Shown here one piece after another: positions 10,136 to 20,925 of a DNA stretch of 64,000 nucleotides (the first letter of the stretch is position 1; each line of letters starts with the position of its first letter). This stretch comes from Naegleria gruberi. Lineage: Eukaryota. Location of the stretch: the NCBI GenBank assembly GCA_000004985.1, contig GG738852.1; one strand, given 5' to 3'. A program made the translations under genes and the position numbers. The notes beneath the pieces are model-generated. The model saw only the letters and a list, made by a program, of their open reading frames with translations, was not told the DNA's origin and ran no database searches.

Positions 10136-12643
10136 TTACATAAACTCGTTTATTAGGCCAGAGAATTCTGATGGTTGAGAGCTATTTGTAATAAATTCAT
10201 AATTGGTCCAATCATCCTCATCAGCATATAAATTCTTTACAGAATTGAGCTTTTTCATAAGATAGAAATCTTCATGAATATCAGATTCATTTGGGACAAT
10301 GTTAAGTTTGTGACTATAAACATTCTTAGGTATTGGACTTATCAATGGTGTGCTTAGGATATTTAGGTCGGGTGTTTGTTTCTTAGTGATCGTCGTAGAC
10401 TTTGGTGTGGTGGTTTTACTCTTTGGTGTTGAGGTGGTAGTTTTTGTTGGACTCATCTCGCTTGGTTTTTTCATTCTTTCCTCAATAATTTGAACAATGT
10501 CTCCATTAGTTGCAGATTTAGAAATGGATTTGAGGTTATATCTCCTTCTGCGGAAAATACTAGGTCTTGATTTTGTCACTCTATTCTTCCAATTTTTTCT
10601 TTCAGAGTAATCATAAAATTCTCTGGTTTTTTTACAACCTAGCAATACTGTGTTATTCTCCCTAATGTCATGCACAAATCCACGAGCCTTCCTTAAAGCA
10701 TCCCTTATTGCCTTTTCCAATGCTGCTTTTGATATTTCGTTGCTTTCTGGTTGCATTTCTGATTTGTTTGATGATTCTACATTATTGGATTCATCGTCCT
10801 CATCTGTCTCTTCTGATAATGACTTGGAATCACTCACCACTGTTACCTCTTTACCCTCTGGACTTTGCACTTTGCTCATATTAATATCAGCAATTATCGA
10901 GTCTTGTCTTTTTTTCTCCTCTTCCAAGTTGCTTTGGTGAGATACATTATGATGAATTTGAGAATGGTTTGGCATTAATACTTCATTTGTAACATTGACA
11001 GGCTCAGGATATTGTGGTGGGAATTTTTGTAGTAATACCTCATTTGTGACATTAACAGGCATTGGATCACTAGGATAGCATTGTGGAGGCACACAATATT
11101 GAGGTGGGAAATTAGTGCCACTAATATCATTTTGGATATCTGAATCGAAACGATTACGCATAAAGCTGCCATTGTTATTAGTGTTTGAGGTTGTAGTGAT
11201 AGCGGGAGGAGGAATCATCACTGGTACAGTAACGAGAGGTGTACCCCAAGCTTGCTCAATTGAACTAGTGTTAATCTGTGCAGACATGTTTTGATTTACA
11301 TGGTGACCTACAAGATTATATGTTGGGGGAGTATTATGGATTTGACTTGGTGGATTAAGTGAGGGTGAGAGTTGACTGCATGGATCCAAAACTGGTTGTT
11401 GGTGTTGTTGGTCAGAAATATGTATAGTTTGTGATTTAGGAGTAGACATGTTGAACGAAGAGGACAAAACTACAGGAGGATTGGATGGAGTTCTTTGAGG
11501 GGAAAATTGGGAGATATTTGTTTGTTGAGCTGGTGGGGGTTGAAGTAATGGAGGTGTAGCAATATTTGATGAGTGGAAGGAAGTTGAAATTCGAGAGCTG
11601 TTCATCGATGTGTTCACAAAGTTTGAAGGAGGTGGCATTAAGCGATCATCTGAGGAAATATTTCCTCTGAGTGATGTAGGTTGTATCAACTGAGATTGGT
11701 GGGTTTGAGGAATTGGTTGATTGGTTGTCTTAATTGGATCAACATATTGCTCTGTTTGGCAATATTGAGATCCAGTAAAGGTAGATTGTGGAGCTTGAAG
11801 AATTGATGTTTGAGTACTCTGACAAAACATTTGTTGAGATGAGCTTGTACTAGATGGTTTGATTTCTTCTACTTTCATGTGTTTGAGTAATTTTGCAGTT
11901 TGGGTAGGGAATTTCATATTGTTATTGTTTGATTGAGCAACAGAGGAAAATCGTTGTCTAAATGCCTTATTGATAGCATCAGCAACATCTTTCTCATTCT
12001 CAGCAGGTTTGTTCACAGGCTTTGAGAATTGTGACCGTATCCTTGAAAGTTGTGACAGTGATCTCTGAGTATTAACATCGTCTTCATTATTATTTCTAGT
12101 AATCCTATTTACAACAGTTGAGGAAGATGTAAAGCCATACTGTTGTGAAGGATTGTAACTGTGTGAAGAGAGAAAATTAGGTGTCCTAACTCCACCAACT
12201 GCAGTATAAGTAGTAATCGAACTAGAGAAGGGTTGGTGGGGTGTTTGATGTTGAAAATTGGTTTCAACATTAGGATAGTATGATTGTGATGATGGTGTCT
12301 GATAGTTAGAAACCTGCTGAGGACGAGCAGCAAGAGTTTGATATCTTACTGTTGAACTGCTGCTTTGGTATGGTGTTTGATAATTGTTTGTAGGAGGGAG
12401 TTGCTTTTGTGGTATGGTTTGCTGTTGGTGAATTTGTTGTGATGGTGATGTGATTTGCTGACGAGGATGAAATTGTTGTTGCTGTGGATAGTTATTGTAA
12501 TAATATTGTTGTTGTTGATGATTCTGATATGGTTGATAGTTTGAATTTTGTACTACATTCCTTGTGTGCAATGGTTGTGTTTGCATGCTACCTTGTTGTG
12601 TCGGGATGAAGTATTTGTGTTGTGGCGGTTGGAAAGACATCAT
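10136..12643 (-). CDS. Q/N/S/P-rich low-complexity protein of 835 aa with a basic, structured C-terminal region. Function unknown.
   Basis: Long single ORF with polyQ/N tracts and a C-terminal segment 'ISKAALEKAIRDALRKARGFVHDIREN...'. The start is 'ATGATGTCTTTCCAACCG'. Confidence 0.5.
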   Translation of the reverse strand: MMSFQPPQHKYFIPTQQGSMQTQPLHTRNVVQNSNYQPYQNHQQQQYYYNNYPQQQQFHPRQQITSPSQQIHQQQTIPQKQLPPTNNYQTPYQSSSSTVRYQTLAARPQQVSNYQTPSSQSYYPNVETNFQHQTPHQPFSSSITTYTAVGGVRTPNFLSSHSYNPSQQYGFTSSSTVVNRITRNNNEDDVNTQRSLSQLSRIRSQFSKPVNKPAENEKDVADAINKAFRQRFSSVAQSNNNNMKFPTQTAKLLKHMKVEEIKPSSTSSSQQMFCQSTQTSILQAPQSTFTGSQYCQTEQYVDPIKTTNQPIPQTHQSQLIQPTSLRGNISSDDRLMPPPSNFVNTSMNSSRISTSFHSSNIATPPLLQPPPAQQTNISQFSPQRTPSNPPVVLSSSFNMSTPKSQTIHISDQQHQQPVLDPCSQLSPSLNPPSQIHNTPPTYNLVGHHVNQNMSAQINTSSIEQAWGTPLVTVPVMIPPPAITTTSNTNNNGSFMRNRFDSDIQNDISGTNFPPQYCVPPQCYPSDPMPVNVTNEVLLQKFPPQYPEPVNVTNEVLMPNHSQIHHNVSHQSNLEEEKKRQDSIIADINMSKVQSPEGKEVTVVSDSKSLSEETDEDDESNNVESSNKSEMQPESNEISKAALEKAIRDALRKARGFVHDIRENNTVLLGCKKTREFYDYSERKNWKNRVTKSRPSIFRRRRYNLKSISKSATNGDIVQIIEERMKKPSEMSPTKTTTSTPKSKTTTPKSTTITKKQTPDLNILSTPLISPIPKNVYSHKLNIVPNESDIHEDFYLMKKLNSVKNLYADEDDWTNYEFITNSSQPSEFSGLINEFM

Positions 12644-12711
12644 ATTGATGCAAGTAAAAAATGTTGAGTTTTTACTTATTTTTTTGTGTTGTTTTTAATA
12701 TTAAACAGAAA

Positions 12712-12725
12712 TAATTGGCGCCAAA
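12712..12725. promoter_or_regulatory. Second copy of the palindromic TTGGCGCCAAAA element, about 70 nt upstream of the Q/N-rich protein gene ATG.
   Basis: Same GGCGCC-cored 12-mer as at 10097. It sits in an otherwise >75% AT intergenic region. Confidence 0.35.
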
Positions 12726-12860
12726 ATTATTAGACTCTATTAGTTGTTGTGGCATAATTTATTTTGCTTCAACATTTTAAATTTGAAAAGAAGGTGTTCC
12801 ATTATTTGTTCAATTTTTATTTTGGAATTCATTAAACCTAATTATTTTACATTTTCTACT

Positions 12861-14195
12861 TTACATTAAATTTACATTTGATTGAGGAGGTGAGCTAGCA
12901 AGTTGTTGCTGTTTTTTAGCCATGAATGGAGCTGTCACTTTTGAATAAGCACCTGAAATACTATTACTCACACTAGAGGTAAATTTGGCAAGTAACCCTC
13001 CTGCAGTAGCTCCAACAGCCAATCCTCCAACACCAGCAGATACTCCTAGAGCTACACCAGCCTTGAGTCCAACAATTGCTCCTATTGGACCTCCCAAAAT
13101 GAGTCCACCAACTGTTCCTCCAACAACAATTGCAGAAATAGCTCCAATCTTTTTGGCTTCTTGCAAGTATCTGGTACCTTGTTTTACAGAGAGCTCTGCC
13201 TTATCCACATTGCTTTGAACTTGAATTATTTTTTCACCTTGAACAGCAACCTCCTCGTGAAGATCTTGTGAAATTCCATACAAATCCCTCAAGTCTTTAT
13301 GGAGCTTTTGCAATTCTTTCAATTCTTCTTCATCTTCCTGATATGGTACAAATACCAAGTCATCTTGTTGTAGGAGTAACTGTTGCTCCTCTTGAGAATA
13401 TGAGTTACCCTCTGATGGTTTTTGTAAAAGTTCAAATAATTGATCCTTTTCAACCTTTACAGCCTTTCTAGTTGTACTATTTATATTCTTATCTGTCAAA
13501 CTTCTTGAAGATGGATACTTTTCCAATAATTGTTTCAGTTTAACTTTGAAATATTCTTCTCTCAAACTTTTGAGTTTAATAAAATCATTATTTAATTTTG
13601 GATATTGTGGATGATTTTGTAAGAGCTCCAATTTTTCCTCAATACTCGAAATGATTCCGTTCGTTATTTTTCTTTGGTTTTTAATTTCCTGTCTTACGTC
13701 CTCACTGTCCTCTGTCGTTCCCATATAGGTGAGCAACATGGCAGTTGTCTGCAAACTCTCACACAATTTTTCCAATTCTAAAACTAATTCAACGTGAACC
13801 TCCTCAATATTTACAATTTCTACTGGCTCTGATGATGATTTTGGTGGAGGAACCATTTGTGATGGTTTAAAAGTCGATTTTTCCAAAAGTTGTTTCAAAG
13901 AATTTGGATCTATGATTTTATAATACAATTCCCTCAGTCTTTTCTCTCTCTTTTCCGTTAATTTTAATTTTATATCACCATATTTTGCAATTGGTTTTCC
14001 GTTTAAAACAATGACCACTTTATCAAGAGTTTGACCATTCGATTTTCTTCCCGTGACTTGATCACAAAATTCAGTTATACTATGCACCGATAAATTATTG
14101 TATTTAAGAGTAGAGCCATCCGATGAAAACTCTGCCTCATATTTCTTCTCTCTGTATGTTAGCCACAGATGAACAGCAACATTCTCTATTGACAT
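12861..14195 (-). CDS. Qa-SNARE-like protein with a C-terminal glycine-zipper hairpin membrane anchor, syntaxin-17-like.
   Basis: A SNARE-like heptad segment 'LHEEVAVQGEKIIQVQSNVDKAELSVKQGTRYLQEAKK' is followed by two Gly-rich hydrophobic helices 'ISAIVVGGTVGGLILGGPIGAIVGLKAGVALGVSAGVGGLAVGATAGGLL'. The start context is A-rich. Confidence 0.45.
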   Translation of the reverse strand: MSIENVAVHLWLTYREKKYEAEFSSDGSTLKYNNLSVHSITEFCDQVTGRKSNGQTLDKVVIVLNGKPIAKYGDIKLKLTEKREKRLRELYYKIIDPNSLKQLLEKSTFKPSQMVPPPKSSSEPVEIVNIEEVHVELVLELEKLCESLQTTAMLLTYMGTTEDSEDVRQEIKNQRKITNGIISSIEEKLELLQNHPQYPKLNNDFIKLKSLREEYFKVKLKQLLEKYPSSRSLTDKNINSTTRKAVKVEKDQLFELLQKPSEGNSYSQEEQQLLLQQDDLVFVPYQEDEEELKELQKLHKDLRDLYGISQDLHEEVAVQGEKIIQVQSNVDKAELSVKQGTRYLQEAKKIGAISAIVVGGTVGGLILGGPIGAIVGLKAGVALGVSAGVGGLAVGATAGGLLAKFTSSVSNSISGAYSKVTAPFMAKKQQQLASSPPQSNVNLM

Positions 14196-14602
14196 TTTTT
14201 AATTCTAAAAATAATAAACGTGACGCACGTTCGTACATGTTTTTACAAATGTTTGCCTGTTTCTTTGTTTTCTACTAAAATGTTACAAACAATTGTAAAG
14301 GAATTTGAAAATGATTGTTCCTCTATTATTCAATCAATAATACGAGTTGCAAAGAATCCTCAAGTATTGATTGTGCTTTTCCACACACTGAAAAAAAAAG
14401 AATCCTCAAATCTTACTTGTTGTGAAACAATAATTGTTTACCTGAGAGAGGAAAGGAAAACACATTAAGTTCAATTATTATTACATCAAGAAGTTTTTTC
14501 GCAACCAACTTCGGAATCATTATTCCTGTTATCTCCTCGCATCTATTGTAGCACTTTTTCAATTTATCATCTTTTTCCGTCTGTCGCCATCAAATATTAT
14601 TA

Positions 14603-15655
14603 ATGAAAAAACTTTCAGTACTTCATCATCATCGTTACCTATTATTGAATAATAATTTATTATCATTTGGCAACAAGAAGAGCCAGACAATTATATGGTC
14701 AATTAGTAGTTTAATCGGAAATAGAAATTTCAAAATGACAGTCTACAATACAAGGGAATCACTATTGCAGAGTTTATTTGTAAAGAGAGTCAATACTTCT
14801 GTCATACCAACACTTCATACGTCTAATTTTCATAGTAATAATGCACATCAAGTGTTACCAGTAGAATTTCAACAAGTTCCTGCAAAAATTTTGAAAATTA
14901 CACAAGAAACACCAAAAACTAAACGATTTTTACTTAATGTTGAAAGTTTAAAGACCTCACATTCATTCTTTGTGTTTTTTGCAGGACAATATGTAAATAT
15001 TCATTTGGGAGACATGACAACATCCATCTCAATATCGAGTCCACCAATGTTAAATTCCAATATTATTGAAATAACTGTACAGTTGAGTAATCATCCCATT
15101 TCTCAGTAGGTATTCATTATTTTTCAATTTTATTTACATTTTTTCAAATATATTAGGGCACTACATGATATGAAAGAAGGAGAATATATTAAGGTTTCAG
15201 GACCTCTAGGAAAATTCTATTTCAACATGATAGATGAACAATTTATGGATATTAAGAATTTAGTTTTGATTGCTGGTGGATTGGGCGTGACGCCACTAGT
15301 GAGTATTTTGAAATATATTGCCCAGAATGGATTATATTTTGTAAATGTTAAATTAATTTATTCAGCTAATACGGTGGGAGATTTTTGCTTTATCAATGAC
15401 ATTTTGGAAATTATGAAAGAACATTCTAATATTGAGTGCCATTTACTGACCTCCCCAACTGAGGAAATACCCAAACATTTGGAATCAATTTTGAAACATG
15501 ATAGAATTGACTCTAATTTCTTGCAAAAATCATTAACGAGTGAAGAATTGAAAAATGCATGTTATTATCTATGTGGGCCTCTCCCAATGGTAAAAGATGT
15601 ATCAGCCTATCTTCAACAATTATCGGTGCCCTTCGATAGAATAAAATTTCAATAA
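14603..15655 (+). CDS. FAD/NAD(P)-binding oxidoreductase of the ferredoxin-reductase/OXNAD1-like family, 2 exons. Approximate join(14603..15105, 15157..15655).
   Basis: 'FFAGQYVNIHLG...SISISSPP' is an FAD-binding module, 'GEYIKVSGPLGKFYF' is the GP-G-F motif, 'LVLIAGGLGVTPLVSIL' is the NAD-binding GGxGxxP motif, and the C-terminal 'YYLCGPLPMV' fits the family. A 51-nt GTAGGT..TAG intron bypasses an in-frame TAG and keeps the frame. The N-terminus looks like an organellar presequence. Confidence 0.6.
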
Positions 15656-15761
15656 CAAATATTTAAACTCAAACGAAATAAGGAAAGAATATCAATAGTA
15701 GTGGTTGAAGGCCAAATGTTGCCGCCCAGCGTAACCGTTACATTAAAAATTTCAAAAAAAA

Positions 15762-16493
15762 ATGAACAATAGACACAACCAGCATCCAACCCCATTCGCT
15801 CCTAGCACTAGACCAGCAGACCTGGAGAATACCACACCTCTCTTTCAAAAGCAACAATTGATGGGGAATAGCACTGGTCCAATCAAACCGAACATTCTTC
15901 AACCACAACAACAGCAACAACAATTAAAAAAGGGAGGCAATGATTCCTCAGCTGCTTCAAATCTGAAGAGAAAGGCCTTGGTCGACATCACAAACACCCA
16001 GAAAGGTGCCAACCTTCAGCAAAACAATCCACTCCAACCAGCCAAGAAGAAGATTAAATCCAATCCTATCCAAGTCTTTAATGATAATCCAAACTCTAAC
16101 AAGTCCCAACAAGCTCTCCCACAACCAATCAAACCAAAGAATATACTCTCCCAACAATTGGGTAAGAAGATTGTCTCCACTCTCAAGTCCAATCCTCTCA
16201 AATTAACCTTTGATGATAATGAGATTGAGTATTGTCCTCAGAGTGATGAAGTTTTCGAACATCCAACTCCAGTCTTTAGCGAATTCAACTTGCAAACTGG
16301 ACAAACTGAGGATATCTTTGTCACACTCTCCGATGAGAGGATGAAGGAAATTACCAAACCACCAACTTGCAAACCAGGATCATTCCTGTCTTTTGATGTG
16401 CTGGATTCAATCACAACAACACCATCCTCTCCATCGCCTCAACCTCTCTCACCAATAGCCTTTGATGATATTTTCAATTTTGAGGTTTTGTAA
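15762..16493 (+). CDS. Securin-like protein carrying a canonical APC/C destruction box (putative separase inhibitor).
   Basis: D-box 'RKALVDITN' (RxxLxxIxN) sits near the N-terminus. 'DDNEIEYCPQSDEVFEHPTPVFSEF' resembles the securin '[20 protein letters not shown]' segment. The protein is P/Q-rich and looks disordered. A-rich ATG. Confidence 0.35.
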   Translation: MNNRHNQHPTPFAPSTRPADLENTTPLFQKQQLMGNSTGPIKPNILQPQQQQQQLKKGGNDSSAASNLKRKALVDITNTQKGANLQQNNPLQPAKKKIKSNPIQVFNDNPNSNKSQQALPQPIKPKNILSQQLGKKIVSTLKSNPLKLTFDDNEIEYCPQSDEVFEHPTPVFSEFNLQTGQTEDIFVTLSDERMKEITKPPTCKPGSFLSFDVLDSITTTPSSPSPQPLSPIAFDDIFNFEVL

Positions 16494-16783
16494 AATTAGG
16501 GCAATGGGTTCTATCCAATCTTTTTATCCACTAATCAATCCAGAGTGTACAGTATTCAACATTGATAATTGTAAATAATAATATCACTAAAATATGGCAA
16601 GGCTGTAAATCCACAAGATGATGTGGTCACTTTTGCTACCACAAATAAAGTCCAATTCATCAGCAAGGCAATTTTATTCCACCACACATTTTGAAATCCA
16701 ATTTCCATCACAAAGGCCTTTTTCATTCATGCAAATTACTCCGAATAATTCTTTCAACTTCAGGCAAATTGAAAATTTTGAAA

Positions 16784-17259
16784 TTAATCATCTCCAGCAT
16801 CATCATCTTCATCGTTAGAATCATTCTCTTCAATAGATCTTGGAACTGGCTTGTTTTGGTAACCATTGGACCACAATCTGACTTCATAGTCCAACAAGAC
16901 TTCATCCATGTCAGCGTCCCTCTTTTCTCGGAACAATTCATTAACCTTCTCTCTGTGATCTAATTTAAATGTGTTTAATAATTTACGTAAAATTGTCACG
17001 TACCAGCTAATTGTTGTTTAGTATTGTCATCAATATCTTCAAATTTAACGGAGAGCTTGTTTTTCATCATCATAACAGTCGCCATCATACAAACAAAAAG
17101 AGTAGGAACAAAGATTGATAATTGTCTTGTTGGAGTTGATCTACTTGCTCTATCCGCATACAACATACGAGAAATCCATCCTCTTTTTGGTGCTTGTCTT
17201 GAAATCGGGTTTTTGGCGTTTTGTTCTTGAATAATATCCTGCAGTGATTTTCTTGTCAT
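16784..17259 (-). CDS. Small single-pass membrane protein, 2 exons. Approximate join(17259..17002, ~16951..16784).
   Basis: Basic N-terminus, one TM helix 'LSIFVPTLFVCMMATVMMM' and an acidic C-terminus ('...NDEDDDAGDD'). A GTACGT..TAG intron joins the two track ORFs in frame. Family unknown. Confidence 0.35.
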
Positions 17260-17755
17260 TTTTTGCTTGTTGGTTTTTGCACATTTTTGGCAATCTGAAG
17301 AACATCAATGAGTAAAATTAAAAATTAGATTGAAATATTTAAAATTTAAATAATTCAAATGTTTATTGAATAAAAGCAAGTATGGCCTGTTATATACGCT
17401 TTAATTCAAGGAAATTCTCCAGAGTTCAAGTTCTTAATAAACGTTGAGGTACAGCATGTCCAAAAAAGTTGTGGAAATAGGAACAATCATCCTCTTTCTA
17501 TTTGCATTTTCTATTTTTCATTCACCACTCTTCGGTTTATTCCAAATCGTTCCCTCTTGGTTGTTGGCAGTTATTATTCTCAACACCTTAAAAAAATTTG
17601 AACACCTTATTCCCTCAAAATTTCCTTTCTGCTTGTTAAGCAAACAGTTAAGACAATTATTTTCACCAACATTATATTATCATCATCAATAATATCATCA
17701 GCAATAAGTTAGCAACAGAAAACCATTGTCCTCATTCTTCAACAACAGCTTTAAA

Positions 17756-20119
17756 ATGAACCGCAATCATTTAGACAAAAACTGGGGCATGGTAATTAAG
17801 AATATTTCTGATGAGGAAGATGAATTACCTCTCGAAGTGGAAATGCCAATGCAAATTAGACCTAATACACATTCTGCAAACTATGGCGACCGAGAGATTA
17901 ACGCCTCTAATGTGAACATCGAAATTGCTCGCTCTCCTTACCACTCACGAAGTGTTTCAAGAGCTTCATCAAAGACAGAAATGTATTTTAATGCTAAAAT
18001 GCAAAAGACACCCCGAGAACCTCAACAGGTTACCCCAAGAGAAGTACTTCCACCTCAAATGACCCCTAAAGCATCCAATCATTCATCCCCAAGAGCCATT
18101 AATATATTCCCAACTGATACAAATCAAACAGATCAAACGGATGTAACCGATATACCAACATTGGGTCACCATGATTCCAATGTTAAATTCAGTAATAGTT
18201 TTCAATACGACCACCATCCTAGTCAATTGAAGAAAATCATGACCAAAACAAATAAGGAATGGATAGAACAACAACGTCCTGAAATTCTTTCCCTTGTAAA
18301 AGAAGAGTTGGAACATGACGATCTTACGAACATGAGAGAAAGATTGAGACAAATGGCAAAAGCCTTCAAAGAGGAAGAAAGGAATAGAAACAAATTTTCC
18401 AGAGCTTTTAGAAGATTAAAATTGTGGTGGGGAAGCCACAGAGCAACAAGAATCATTTCCCATTTAAACCCTTTTGTAAATTCATTGCAAGTCATTGAGA
18501 AGAGATTTGGTAGTGGTGTTGCTACGTATTATGACTTTTTCTATTCGGTAATCAAGATGAATTTCTTTGTTGCTGTTTCTTCATTCCTATTATTAATTCT
18601 ACCATGGTTATTGAGACCACTTGATAATTGGCCAGATGTTTGGAAGTTGGATTTCCTCATGGGTCTATTTGGTGTCAAGTCAAACATAATTGGACTGACA
18701 TGGTTCTTCTTTGGTGGTTATGAGGATAGACTTGTATTGTTTTCAACAGTTATTTGGCCATTCGCTTTTGTTTATGTGTTTGTGGTGATTTTGAACTTTT
18801 CGATTTGTATAGTTTCTATTTGTATGAGTATAGGTGCTAAGGTTACAAGTGTGTCACATATTGACGAAAAAAACACTAGATACCTTGAGGCAGTCTTTAA
18901 CAGTTATAGTTTTGGTGTACAATCCAAGGAAGGTGTCCAAGATCTTCAAAGATATTTGGCCACCAAATTGGCAGAGTACAGAAATGCAGACTTTGCTAAA
19001 GAAAAGTCAGCTGCTCAAAAATCTCCAAAAGAACTTGTATTCTTGGTTTTTAAAAGAGCCATTGGTATTGCAGTGAGCGGCTTCTTTTTAGTAGGTACAC
19101 CAGTGGCTGTCTACTTTATTGTCCAATATTATGAAATTATTAATTCTGCTTTCCCTTTTACAACTTCAGTGCTGTCATCAACAATTTCCTTGCTCTTCCC
19201 AATTATTATTTCATACATGGTCCACTTAGAAGGTTATGCTGAAAGAGCTACAACAGAATGGAATATTATCATTAGAACATATGTTATCAAAATGTCAACC
19301 ACCGTTGCTTTGATGGTGAGAGTCTTGTTCTTGGACGAAAGTGATGGTAAATGCAGACAAACTGAGGCAGGTTTAGTCTTTTGGCAAATGATTTGGATCG
19401 AATTTGCTGTGAGCATTTTCAAAACATTAATTTTCCTTCCTGTTAGGTACAATTTAATGAGATGCATAACAAAAAAGAAAACTGATGACGACTGGGAATC
19501 AAAAAGAAGAGGAAAAGTTGAGTTTGATGTTCCTGAAAACGTTATCGAATTGCTTTACAGACAGTCCTTAATATTCGTCGGTATGATTATGTCTCCAATG
19601 ATTCCAATTGCTGGTTTGTTTTCAAACCTTGTTTTATACTTTTGTAAATATTTGATAATGAGAGTTACTGCCAAATTCCCAGACAATCCATATGAAAGAG
19701 GTAAGAGCAGTCCTTTCAATTTGAACATGTTGCTCCTCACTTTTGTCTTTTGTCTGGTTCCACTTGGTTTCTTCTTGTTCCAAGCCTCAGGAAGTAACTG
19801 TGGTCCATTCAGAGCTTCTGCTTTAGCATCTCAACAAATGCCAATTGAAGCTGCCCTTACTGCCTTAAGTCTTGCATTCACATTTTATCAAGATGAGAAT
19901 GCAGCCTTAAATTGGGAAAATATCTTATTCTATGCTGGTCACAAGATAACTTTGGGTTCTTTGGTAGTCTTCTTTGTTATTGTTTCCTATTTCCTTTTAA
20001 AGTATCTTAACATGTTTAGAATGAAGTACACTGCTGCCGAATTGAGGGCCAATTCTGAAAGAAAGGAAAAATCTCAAATCCTCAGAGAGTACGTGCAGAG
20101 GACAAATCTTAAATATTAA
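17756..20119 (+). CDS. Multi-pass membrane protein of the TMC/anoctamin/OSCA superfamily, most like transmembrane channel-like (TMC).
   Basis: Cytosolic N-terminal region, then about 10 predicted TM helices. 'IEKRFGSGVATYYDFFYSVIKMNF' resembles the conserved TMC N-terminal block. 'GKCRQTEAGLVFWQMIWIEF' is a candidate TMC-motif relative (CWETxVGQE). True ATG is at 17756; the track start at 17726 is TTG. Confidence 0.5.
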   Translation: MNRNHLDKNWGMVIKNISDEEDELPLEVEMPMQIRPNTHSANYGDREINASNVNIEIARSPYHSRSVSRASSKTEMYFNAKMQKTPREPQQVTPREVLPPQMTPKASNHSSPRAINIFPTDTNQTDQTDVTDIPTLGHHDSNVKFSNSFQYDHHPSQLKKIMTKTNKEWIEQQRPEILSLVKEELEHDDLTNMRERLRQMAKAFKEEERNRNKFSRAFRRLKLWWGSHRATRIISHLNPFVNSLQVIEKRFGSGVATYYDFFYSVIKMNFFVAVSSFLLLILPWLLRPLDNWPDVWKLDFLMGLFGVKSNIIGLTWFFFGGYEDRLVLFSTVIWPFAFVYVFVVILNFSICIVSICMSIGAKVTSVSHIDEKNTRYLEAVFNSYSFGVQSKEGVQDLQRYLATKLAEYRNADFAKEKSAAQKSPKELVFLVFKRAIGIAVSGFFLVGTPVAVYFIVQYYEIINSAFPFTTSVLSSTISLLFPIIISYMVHLEGYAERATTEWNIIIRTYVIKMSTTVALMVRVLFLDESDGKCRQTEAGLVFWQMIWIEFAVSIFKTLIFLPVRYNLMRCITKKKTDDDWESKRRGKVEFDVPENVIELLYRQSLIFVGMIMSPMIPIAGLFSNLVLYFCKYLIMRVTAKFPDNPYERGKSSPFNLNMLLLTFVFCLVPLGFFLFQASGSNCGPFRASALASQQMPIEAALTALSLAFTFYQDENAALNWENILFYAGHKITLGSLVVFFVIVSYFLLKYLNMFRMKYTAAELRANSERKEKSQILREYVQRTNLKY

Positions 20120-20181
20120 ACAAAATATTTCATTCTTCATTTTAATTGATGATTACTGCAACTGCGTTTAGAAAGTGGGTT

Positions 20182-20862
20182 TTAATAATCATAGACATTT
20201 TTAATTCTCTTTCCTTCTTGTCTTCTCTGTTTCTTTTCAGAGTGTTTCTTTTTGTCTTTCATTCGAATAGCATCTCCCTTTTCAGTTCTTCCTTCTCTTG
20301 GAACCCACTCTTTTGGAATATTGTAAGCTTCTGCAATATATCCCTTGAGACGGTGAATGGCATCCTTCATATTCTGATCCTGAGTTCTAAAACTTGAAGC
20401 TTGAATGATAAATTCTCCTTCCTTGTTGATTTTGTTGGCATATAATTCTTTCAGTCTTTCTTTAACAATATCTGGAATCCAATCTGCAGAGTCAACATGT
20501 AGTCTGATATCTACCTTGGTATTTACTTTATTTACGTTTTGTCCTCCAGGTCCACTACTTCTAGAAAAGGTTGCAATCAATTTTTCCTTTGGTATATATC
20601 CATCAAATATTGGTCTATCTGGATCCAAATCCTCTTCATTCCATTTTGTTTTTTGTACAAATGAATCATTATCGGAATTTTCCTCTTGTTTTGAAGATAA
20701 ACATTGAGAAAAATTATACCATGTTGATGTATTAAAATTCCTATTAGTTATATTATTATATTTTGTAAATAACAATATTGAAGAAGAATTGTTTGCTGAT
20801 AATTTAAGTTGGAATGATGTGATCGTTCCGAAAATGAGTTTTCTGGTTTTGTTTGATATCAT
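20182..20862 (-). CDS. ICT1/MRPL58-type peptidyl-tRNA hydrolase (class-I release-factor GGQ domain), mitochondrial.
   Basis: 'FSRSSGPGGQNVNKVNTKVDIRLHV' is the GGQ motif. Basic C-terminal tail. A-rich start. Confidence 0.75.
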   Translation of the reverse strand: MISNKTRKLIFGTITSFQLKLSANNSSSILLFTKYNNITNRNFNTSTWYNFSQCLSSKQEENSDNDSFVQKTKWNEEDLDPDRPIFDGYIPKEKLIATFSRSSGPGGQNVNKVNTKVDIRLHVDSADWIPDIVKERLKELYANKINKEGEFIIQASSFRTQDQNMKDAIHRLKGYIAEAYNIPKEWVPREGRTEKGDAIRMKDKKKHSEKKQRRQEGKRIKNVYDY

Positions 20863-20925
20863 TTTTTATTATTAAAATAATTTATTAAATGATTAGATGG
20901 TTAATATGAGAATTTGAATATTGGG

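Noticed and set aside
14220-14468. 82-aa intergenic ORF (MTHVRTCFYKC...)
   Set aside because: No A-rich start context, no homology and odd composition. More likely a promoter or 5'-UTR region between the SNARE gene and the oxidoreductase gene.
17444-17692. 82-aa hydrophobic ORF upstream of the TMC-like gene
   Set aside because: Probably 5' flank or UTR sequence. There is no supporting motif and the TMC gene start is well defined at 17756.
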